Origin: the human T2T-CHM13v2.0 reference genome, Homo sapiens
Direction: 5' to 3' (one strand)
DNA length: 64,000 nucleotides
Assembly: GCF_009914755.1 (NCBI RefSeq)
Contig: NC_060936.1
Each line of letters opens with the position of its first letter. Positions within the stretch are counted from its first letter, which is position 1. The notes under the pieces were generated by a model that was given only the letters and a program-made list of their open reading frames with translations, searched no databases and was not told the DNA's origin. A program made the translations under genes and the position numbers. This document shows, piece by piece, positions 1 to 16,500 of this stretch.

Positions 1-2
1 CC

Positions 3-4880
<4,878 letters not shown>

Positions 4881-5093
4881 TATGTTGCTTGACCATGAGT
4901 CTAATTAAGAGCTCCCTTAATGTAGACTAGAAGGAAATGAAAGTCCAAGACAGACCTTGGAAAACTCTGATATTAAAGGGATGGTCAGAGAAAGAAAAGC
5001 CAGCAAAGAAAACCAGGAAGAATTATAACAGAGTTGTGTCATGGAAGCCAAGAGAGAAAAGATTTTCAGGAAGGAAAGAATTGTCAGCAGTGC

Positions 5094-5461
5094 TGTCTTA
5101 GTCCGTTTTGTGCTGGTGTAACAGAATACCACAGACTAGGTCATTTATAATGAGCAGAAATATATTAACTCATGGTTCTGGTGGCTGGGAAGTCCAAGAT
5201 CAAGGGGCTGGCATCTGGCGAGGGCCTTCTTGCTTCTTGCTGTGTTATTCCATGGCAGAAGGGCAAAGAGAGGGTGGGGCTGATAATTAAACTTATCCTT
5301 TTATAAGGTACCCATTCCCAAGATAAGGGCATTAATCCATTCATGAAGGTGGTATTCCCATGACCCAAACACCTCCCATTAGGCCCCACTTCCCAACACC
5401 ACTGCATTGGAGGTCCAATTTCCAGCACATGAACTTTGGAGGACATGTTTAAACTGTAGCA
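5094..5461 (-). mobile_element. MaLR solo LTR (MLT1A/MST-like)
   Basis: TG...CA termini (tgtcttagtcc...tagca), 368 bp, near-perfect 5-bp TSD agtgc/aatgc, typical MaLR motifs. Subfamily is from memory of the consensus. Confidence 0.8.
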
Positions 5462-5565
5462 AATGCCAAGTGCTATAGACAACTCAAGAATGCTGAGTAC
5501 AGAGAAATAGTTGGTAGAATTGACAGTCAGAAGGCCGCAATGACTGGGGCTTCTTATGTCCACAG

Positions 5566-6311
5566 GCCTCTCCACCATCAACCAGACTCGTCTTGATTTT
5601 CACTTCTCCTCTGATAGAACTGCTGGTGACAGGGAGGTCCAGCAGGCCAGTCTCATGTTCTTTGTGCAGCTCCCTTCCAATACCACTTGGACCTTGAAAG
5701 TGAGAGTCCTTGTGCTGGGTCCACATAATACCAACCTCACCTTGGCTACTCAGTACCTGCTGGAGGTGGATGCCAGTGGCTGGCATCAACTCCCCCTAGG
5801 GCCTGAAGCTCAAGCTGCCTGCAGCCAGGGGCACCTGACCCTGGAGCTGGTACTTGAAGGCCAGGTAGCCCAGAGCTCAGTCATCCTGGGTGGAGCTGCC
5901 CATAGGCCTTTTGTGGCAGCCCGGGTGAGAGTTGGGGGCAAACACCAGATTCACCGACGAGGCATCGACTGCCAAGGAGGGTCCAGGATGTGCTGTCGAC
6001 AAGAGTTTTTTGTGGACTTCCGTGAGATTGGCTGGCACGACTGGATCATCCAGCCTGAGGGCTACGCCATGAACTTCTGCATAGGGCAGTGCCCACTACA
6101 CATAGCAGGCATGCCTGGTATTGCTGCCTCCTTTCACACTGCAGTGCTCAATCTTCTCAAGGCCAACACAGCTGCAGGCACCACTGGAGGGGGCTCATGC
6201 TGTGTACCCACGGCCCGGCGCCCCCTGTCTCTGCTCTATTATGACAGGGACAGCAACATTGTCAAGACTGACATACCTGACATGGTAGTAGAGGCCTGTG
6301 GGTGCAGTTAG
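5566..6311 (+). CDS. INHBC: Inhibin beta C chain (activin C), exon 2 (last coding exon)
   Basis: Acceptor cacag|GC at 5565/5566 (phase 1). Encodes the propeptide, the HRR cleavage site and the cysteine-rich TGF-beta domain ending [10 protein letters not shown]; TAG at 6309-6311. Exon 1 is upstream of the window. Confidence 0.98.
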
Positions 6312-7476
6312 TCTATGTGTGGTATGGGCAGCCCAAGGTTGCATGGGAAAACACGCCCCTACAGAAGTGCACTTCCTTGAGAGGAGGGAATGACCTCATT
6401 CTCTGTCCAGAATGTGGACTCCCTCTTCCTGAGCATCTTATGGAAATTACCCCACCTTTGACTTGAAGAAACCTTCATCTAAAGCAAGTCACTGTGCCAT
6501 CTTCCTGACCACTACCCTCTTTCCTAGGGCATAGTCCATCCCGCTAGTCCATCCCGCTAGCCCCACTCCAGGGACTCAGACCCATCTCCAACCATGAGCA
6601 ATGCCATCTGGTTCCCAGGCAAAGACACCCTTAGCTCACCTTTAATAGACCCCATAACCCACTATGCCTTCCTGTCCTTTCTACTCAATGGTCCCCACTC
6701 CAAGATGAGTTGACACAACCCCTTCCCCCAATTTTTGTGGATCTCCAGAGAGGCCCTTCTTTGGATTCACCAAAGTTTAGATCACTGCTGCCCAAAATAG
6801 AGGCTTACCTACCCCCCTCTTTGTTGTGAGCCCCTGTCCTTCTTAGTTGTCCAGGTGAACTACTAAAGCTCTCTTTGCATACCTTCATCCATTTTTTGTC
6901 CTTCTCTGCCTTTCTCTATGCCCTTAAGGGCTGACTTGCCTGAGCTCTATCACCTGAGCTCCCCTGCCCTCTGGCTTCCTGCTGAGGTCAGGGCATTTCT
7001 TATCCCTGTTCCCTCTCTGTCTAGGTGTCATGGTTCTGTGTAACTGTGGCTATTCTGTGTCCCTACACTACCTGGCTACCCCCTTCCATGGCCCCAGCTC
7101 TGCCTACATTCTGATATAACTGCTTCAACACTAGGGGGTCCTAAAGGCTTTCTATCTTGCTAGTCCCTGGGGCCTCAACATCTCATACTGGTTCCCTTAA
7201 CTCTGCCTATACCTCTGTAAATAATTCCTTCACTAAGTTCTCTTGATGAAGCAAAAACAGACAGCTGAAAAGTCCTCTATCTCCTACAAGGGCCCTAACT
7301 GGCACCCCAGATGACACAGAGCCTGCCTGCTTATGCTGTAGTCTGCCTACTCTGCTGTCTCTTCACATGGTCTCCTCAGAACTGAACTATTGTATCCATC
7401 TCACACTTTATGCCTCTTCTTTCTTAGGCACCCCGTCCCTCCATCCTTCCAGAACCATCTTTGAGGTCTCATGGCT

Positions 7477-7482
7477 AATAAA
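7477..7482 (+). terminator. INHBC: Candidate proximal INHBC poly(A) signal AATAAA
   Basis: AATAAA followed by pyrimidine-rich sequence. Confidence 0.5.
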
Positions 7483-8329
7483 AACCTAGGCTTTACCTGT
7501 TCCCTCTGTAATCCCTCCAAAAGATGAGACAGATCTATGCTTGGTCATCCAGTAAACTGACCAGCTGTGGGCACGCAAGTGTGGGAGGCAGAGGCATGCT
7601 CAGAGCTGGCTGCCAGGACCTCTGACTTGCCTTCCTTTCACCCACCCCCAGTGCTCCACCCAGGAGTCCTGCCTGGAAGCTGGAATGGGCAAGGGCTGCT
7701 GGAGTGGGACAGGGAGAAGAGGAAGGCCTGGATGAGGAGAGGGTGGCATTTGCTCTGAGACTGGGTCCTTTTTAGACCTTTGCCCGTCCTCCCCCACATC
7801 TCCTCCCTTTGGCTGGACAGTCCTGAACCATGAGGTCGATAATGTCTGCAGCCCAAGGCCGAGTTTGCGCAAAACCCATGTGTTCTTTGGTAAACGTGAT
7901 GTCTGTGTTTGCTCAGTTTATGACCCCCTCCTATGAGGGTAAGAGGTCCCTGAAATAGGAACCCTAGAGGAGAAAGTCTGAAAAGGACTGCCTGGGGGAC
8001 TGTAAATCTGAGCTTGAGGGCTTCCTGAGCAACCCATGGAAGTTATCCCACCTTTGACTTGAGGAGACCTTCATCTAAGGAGAATCTAAGGAGGCCTTCT
8101 GGTGTCTCCCCCACACATCCCCGACCCCCAGATCTAACCTCCTTCCCAATTACAGCTTAGTCTCCAGGGCTAGGACTGGGGTAAAGCAAAGTGAGTCATT
8201 CACCTGGGGGGACTAAATTTTAAGGGGGTGGTGAACAATTTATTAATCAAGATAGGACTTTAATGCAATATTATTTTAAAGTCAAAATTAATGCAAAAAA
8301 TCCATGATGAACAAAATAGCCTACTTTTA

Positions 8330-8335
8330 AATAAA
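8330..8335 (+). terminator. INHBC: Candidate distal INHBC poly(A) signal AATAAA
   Basis: AATAAA in AT-rich context with a strong U/GU-rich downstream element (tttcttttttggctctgtcttttgt). Confidence 0.65.
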
Positions 8336-9657
8336 AACAGGATCAGCATTATTCCCTTTCTTTTTTGGCTCTGTCTTTTGTAATAAGGGGAGAGAGTGGG
8401 TCTGTCTTCTTCTAAACATTTTCTTCTAGAGCTTCCTAGCTCCTACCTCTGGACCCCTTCAGGCTTTTCTCATTTGAGCAAGATAACCACTCCCACTTCT
8501 TCTACTTCCTTACCCACCCCCAAGCCTGTCGCTATCCCCCAGCCCCCAACCAGGTTGGTGGTAGGGCAGGCAGTGAGGCAGATGGCTGGGGTATTTATAA
8601 CCCAGGAGCACTTCTTGGGAAAAGTGACTAAGATGCTAAGAGCGTATTTATAGCTGAGCTCTGACGTAAGTGTCAGTGGGGAGGTAGGGCCAGGCCAGGC
8701 ACAGCAGCAAGCGGGTGGGAAGAGCTGGAAACTGGGGGCATCTGACAGTGAGGGTGGGGAGAGGTGGGGTCAGTGACTCCTGCAGCCACTTCTTGTCACT
8801 TCCCCTGACTGCCTACTGATACCAACAGGTAAGCCGTCTGAGGCACCACCATGGATAGATACCTCCACTTTGCTGACCAATGTTCCAGACCCGAGGGGGT
8901 AGAGGGCTGTCATTTCCCAGCCCAACCAACAGAATGGTTGCTGGGAGCTGGGGAGAACACTGGACAGAGCTCTTGAATGTGTTTCAGAGCTTGGGGAGAA
9001 ATGCAGGGTGGACAGGAGGGTCTAATCGTCTCAGTGCGCCCCCACCCCACTCCACCCCCACCAAAGAGTGCCCTGAGGTTCTAGGAAGAGCCTGGTACAT
9101 CACCAAGCTCCATTGCCACGTGTTTGTGTGATGAGGTCCAAAACCAAAGGTAGCAGTGATGTGGATCCTGAAGACAGTCTCTCTTCTCTGGCAGTGTGAT
9201 GGGGAAAGAACAAAGGAACCAGCTTGTCCCTGTCTCTTGTGGGGGAGGCAGCGTCCCCAGAGTGAGAGGTCGAGGGGCACTCCTCATCACTCCATTCCCC
9301 AGAGCTGCCCCTTCCCTGTCCCTGGGAAGCTCCAGCCAGCTACAAGCCAGCTGCTGTCCAGAGGCACGGCACTGCCACATGGTGGACACTGGTGGTACTG
9401 AGGTCCAGCCTTCCAATTAGGAACCCTGTCGCCTAGATCTAATAGTCTCTCTTGACAGCCCCCATCATCTAAACAGAGGGGAGATGAGCAAAGTGGAGTA
9501 AAGACACATTTCCAAATCACACCCACTTCCCCCACAGCTTTCTCCCCATCAAGCTTCTTGGAGAAATTGGGGCATAAGGAGAAAAGCTAGCATGAGGCCC
9601 ACCTTCATGAATTCAATGTGGAGGGGTCTGGGTCCCCCCCCATTTAAAGCCAGTGAG

Positions 9658-10735
<1,078 letters not shown>

Positions 10736-10868
10736 AATGTAAGAAAAAAAGGAGGCCTGGCACTACTTCTAGGATGCCCCAAATTTAGGCAACTCTCACA
10801 GTCCCTTGAAAGAGAAGTGGCAGCTGGGTATAGGCCCTCCCAAGTGTCATGCCCCCTGACAGTCCTGA

Positions 10869-10897
10869 TGGACTCTGCCCTGTGTAAGATTGCATCA
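10869..10897. promoter_or_regulatory. INHBE upstream DR1 (HNF4-like) site next to a C/EBP-ATF response element
   Basis: TGGACTCTGCCCT (reverse complement AGGGCAGAGTCCA) at 10869-10881 and ATTGCATCA at 10889-10897. Confidence 0.55.
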
Positions 10898-11825
10898 CCA
10901 CCACCACCACCTCTCTGGGCTTCCCCAGACATCACAGGAACACGTTCCCCGCCCCAACCCCCGCCGGCTCTGGCCCTCCTCCACATCATGCTCCACATCA
11001 TGCTCCAGGCCAACTGGACTCTGGGCGGCCAGCACAGGCAGGGTCAGGGGGTGACTTCTGTGCCTCGTGGCACTGCCACCTGGGCCTGAGCAAGAGGGCT
11101 CCATTCTCCTACCCGCCCAAACCCTCATCCCTGTCCTAGCCCCAGTGCTAGAAATAAAGAGACCAGAATTTTCCTTCTGGCCTAAGGGCCCCAGAGGAAT
11201 ACCCACTGGAACTGACAGCTGCCTCATGGAAACTGCTGCAGCAGTGGTGAAGCTAGAAAGACTAGAGGTATGAGGGAAAATTGCCCTTCCCCACCTGGCT
11301 CATAAGGCGTTCCCTCCCCCAAGTCCCAGACCTTGGGGACTGAGCATGTGAAATCATCCTCTTTCTTGCATCATGCGTGTCCACATTGCACCCCCCCACC
11401 CCCATACCCCTACTTCAGGCCCAGTCACCATGGCCAGATGGTGAAACCTGAGCTGATGGGGAGGAGGACCTCCACCCCCTGCAGGGGCCTGATGGGCAGC
11501 ACAGCTGGCCAATCCTGGGACTCAGAGGGTAGGTCGGCTGGCTGACCACTAGGTTTGGAAGACCCAGGCAGCTGGCTCTAAAGAGGCCCCAGGTCAGTAG
11601 CCAGACATGAGCTGTGAGGGTCAAGCACAGCTATCCATCAGATGATCTACTTTCAGCCTTCCTGAGTCCCAGACAATAGAAGACAGGTGGCTGTACCCTT
11701 GGCCAAGGGTAGGTGTGGCAGTGGTGTCTGCTGTCACTGTGCCCTCATTGGCCCCCAGCAATCAGACTCAACAGACGGAGCAACTGCCATCCGAGGCTCC
11801 TGAACCAGGGCCATTCACCAGGAGC

Positions 11826-13137
11826 ATGCGGCTCCCTGATGTCCAGCTCTGGCTGGTGCTGCTGTGGGCACTGGTGCGAGCACAGGGGACAGGGTCTGTG
11901 TGTCCCTCCTGTGGGGGCTCCAAACTGGCACCCCAAGCAGAACGAGCTCTGGTGCTGGAGCTAGCCAAGCAGCAAATCCTGGATGGGTTGCACCTGACCA
12001 GTCGTCCCAGAATAACTCATCCTCCACCCCAGGCAGCGCTGACCAGAGCCCTCCGGAGACTACAGCCAGGGAGTGTGGCTCCAGGGAATGGGGAGGAGGT
12101 CATCAGCTTTGCTACTGTCACAGGTGGGTGAGGGAGAGAGCAACAGGCAAAGAGCAGACAGGGAAAGGGAGGCAGAAGGGGAGCCTGGCAGGAGCAGCAG
12201 AGGGAGTGGGGTGTGGCAGGAGAAGGAGGAGCTGGGGCAGGGACTGGTTGCAGAGGACACAAAGCAGTCTCTACTTTTCTAGAGGTAGGTTCGAGGGAGA
12301 GCAGTGGGCAGGGCTTGGGGAGTCTCAGAGGAGAGCTTCATCTCTACTCACATTTTCTTTCCCTTTTCTGTCTTTCGGGCAGACTCCACTTCAGCCTACA
12401 GCTCCCTGCTCACTTTTCACCTGTCCACTCCTCGGTCCCACCACCTGTACCATGCCCGCCTGTGGCTGCACGTGCTCCCCACCCTTCCTGGCACTCTTTG
12501 CTTGAGGATCTTCCGATGGGGACCAAGGAGGAGGCGCCAAGGGTCCCGCACTCTCCTGGCTGAGCACCACATCACCAACCTGGGCTGGCATACCTTAACT
12601 CTGCCCTCTAGTGGCTTGAGGGGTGAGAAGTCTGGTGTCCTGAAACTGCAACTAGACTGCAGACCCCTAGAAGGCAACAGCACAGTTACTGGACAACCGA
12701 GGCGGCTCTTGGACACAGCAGGACACCAGCAGCCCTTCCTAGAGCTTAAGATCCGAGCCAATGAGCCTGGAGCAGGCCGGGCCAGGAGGAGGACCCCCAC
12801 CTGTGAGCCTGCGACCCCCTTATGTTGCAGGCGAGACCATTACGTAGACTTCCAGGAACTGGGATGGCGGGACTGGATACTGCAGCCCGAGGGGTACCAG
12901 CTGAATTACTGCAGTGGGCAGTGCCCTCCCCACCTGGCTGGCAGCCCAGGCATTGCTGCCTCTTTCCATTCTGCCGTCTTCAGCCTCCTCAAAGCCAACA
13001 ATCCTTGGCCTGCCAGTACCTCCTGTTGTGTCCCTACTGCCCGAAGGCCCCTCTCTCTCCTCTACCTGGATCATAATGGCAATGTGGTCAAGACGGATGT
13101 GCCAGATATGGTGGTGGAGGCCTGTGGCTGCAGCTAG
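11826..13137 (+). CDS. INHBE: Inhibin beta E chain (activin E), 350 aa; exons 11826-12123 and 12383-13137
   Basis: ATG 11826 (signal peptide [19 protein letters not shown]); donor G|gtggg at 12123; acceptor cag|AC at 12383; RARRR furin site; TGF-beta domain. 298+755=1053 nt. Confidence 0.98.
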
Positions 13138-13677
13138 CAAGAGGACCTGGGGCTTTGGAGTGAAGAGACCAAGATGAAGTTTCCCAGGCACAGGGCATCT
13201 GTGACTGGAGGCATCAGATTCCTGATCCACACCCCAACCCAACAACCACCTGGCAATATGACTCACTTGACCCCTATGGGACCCAAATGGGCACTTTCTT
13301 GTCTGAGACTCTGGCTTATTCCAGGTTGGCTGATGTGTTGGGAGATGGGTAAAGCGTTTCTTCTAAAGGGGTCTACCCAGAAAGCATGATTTCCTGCCCT
13401 AAGTCCTGTGAGAAGATGTCAGGGACTAGGGAGGGAGGGAGGGAAGGCAGAGAAAAATTACTTAGCCTCTCCCAAGATGAGAAAGTCCTCAAGTGAGGGG
13501 AGGAGGAAGCAGATAGATGGTCCAGCAGGCTTGAAGCAGGGTAAGCAGGCTGGCCCAGGGTAAGGGCTGTTGAGGTACCTTAAGGGAAGGTCAAGAGGGA
13601 GATGGGCAAGGCGCTGAGGGAGGATGCTTAGGGGACCCCCAGAAACAGGAGTCAGGAAAATGAGGCACTAAGCCTAA

Positions 13678-14023
<346 letters not shown>

Positions 14024-14035
14024 TTATACTTTCTT

Positions 14036-14041
14036 AATAAA
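14036..14041 (+). terminator. INHBE: INHBE poly(A) signal AATAAA (candidate)
   Basis: First canonical AATAAA I found after the INHBE stop codon. Confidence 0.6.
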
Positions 14042-14099
14042 AAGGAGAAAGAAAATCAACAAATGTGAGTCATAAAGAAGGGTTAGGGTGATGGTCCAG

Positions 14100-14967
<868 letters not shown>

Positions 14968-16039
14968 AGCTCCTCTGGAAGAAGGGGCTCGAGGCTGGGA
15001 CAGGAGCATGTGTGGGGTGCCTTTTTTTCAGTGCCCATTAGTCTGGTCTGACTGAGCTGGGTCTCTGACCCTCTGGGGATAACTAGCCTGGGTCAAAGTC
15101 CCAGATCTCCCCCTACCTTCACCTTTTCTTTTCCCCCTTGACCCTCAGACTGAACAGTTAACCCACTGACCTTCCACACCCAAGGGGGTGGTTCTTGGAA
15201 GCAGAGCTAGGATGTGGGAGGTCTGCCTGTGGGGTTGAAAAAAAGGGGAGAGGGTGCCCTTTTTCCTTGTCATGCTTCCTCCTCTTTCTCATAAAAATCA
15301 GAGACTGAAATGCTGCCCCTCCCTTATATCCGGTCACGATGGCAATGCAAATCTAAAGAGGCAGGGCACTTCCCTGTCAGGCAGTACCGCTGGGCATAGC
15401 AACCTCTGCCTCTCCGTTTCTCAGAGCTCACATATCCACCTCCTGGGCTTTTAAGTGGGCTTTAGTGAGGGGCTCCTCCTTCAACTGGGCTCCTCCTTCA
15501 GTTCCCCAGCTCTTCTGCTTCGACTCCGAGCGGGTGTCATGTGTGAGAACGGCCAGCAGAGGGAGCAGAAAGCCTGGAAGAGCAGCTAGAGCCTGCAGTG
15601 ACGTGGTGCGGAGGGGCGGCACCCTCCAGAACTTCGAGACGTAGAGCCGGGGTTCTAGGCAAAGGGGCTTCAGTCCCAGGGCTCCTTGGTGACCTCGTGA
15701 ACCACACCCTGCACCCAGAGCCTCAGCCGCTGCTCCTTGCTTTTATGCTCCATAGACTCCTCACCTTCTTCCAGAGCCCCCAACCCAACTTGATTTGCCC
15801 CAAACCGCAACTCTGTCCCGGCCGCTGCAAGTTCCATCCAAAGGGTGAGGCCTGCAGATAAACCACAGGATGGCAGAATGCTCAGTTAGCACCAACCAAA
15901 GGCGACTACCCTACCTCCACTATTATCGTTCTCGGTTGAACTTCTCCCCCTGCCCCGCAATATTTTCCTCAATCTGGTTGTCGGGGCCTCTTTGGGGCCA
16001 GCCGATCCAGAAATCCAAGCCGGGATTTAGTACTCACCA

Positions 16040-16500
16040 ACAGCAGCGTGTTCAGCCGGGGCGGGGGGGGGGCGTAAGCAGTATAGGGTCCCTCAAGGGA
16101 GGGGGAGGATCCTGGGGGTCCTGGGGGTGCAATAAGCCCGGCACCCCTTCTCTTGCTTCCAGCTACCCCGCCTCATCCTCCAGAACGGCAAGAGGGAGGG
16201 AAATAGAAGGGAGGTGAGGGGCGAGCGGGAAGAGCGGCGGCGCGCCAGCGGCTGGAGAGAGAAAAAGTTTTTGCAAAAGGGAAAAAAAAAGTTTGCGCTT
16301 CTCGCGGGTGGTCCGGGCTTGCGGCCCGGCGGGCTGGGCCGGCGGGAGGGCTGGGGGCCAGGTTGGGGGGGTGGGGGTGGCATCGAGGCTGCGCTGCCGT
16401 GGCCCTCTCCGCCCCCCCTCCCCACCGCACACCCCCCAGCCCAGACTCCAGCCCTGGACCGCGCATCCCGAGCCCAGCGCCCAGACAGAGGTGAGAAGGG
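16040..16500 (+). promoter_or_regulatory. GLI1: GLI1 CpG-rich TATA-less promoter
   Basis: High CpG density, GC boxes, G-runs, GLI-like site CGGGTGGTC at 16305-16313, and a possible upstream first-exon donor GAG|gtgagg at 16213. Confidence 0.8.
16440..16490 (+). other. GLI1: GLI1 non-coding exon 1
   Basis: Matches the recalled GLI1 mRNA 5' end; donor GAG|gtgaga at 16490/16491. Confidence 0.85.

Noticed and set aside
5556-5565. ATG at 5556 as the start of a 251-aa protein
   Set aside because: It is intronic, just upstream of the INHBC exon 2 acceptor. The product would lack a signal peptide, and there is no promoter evidence.
6900-7350. Recurring TCTGCCT motif in the INHBC 3' UTR
   Set aside because: A short motif in a pyrimidine-rich tract; I cannot separate it from compositional bias by eye.
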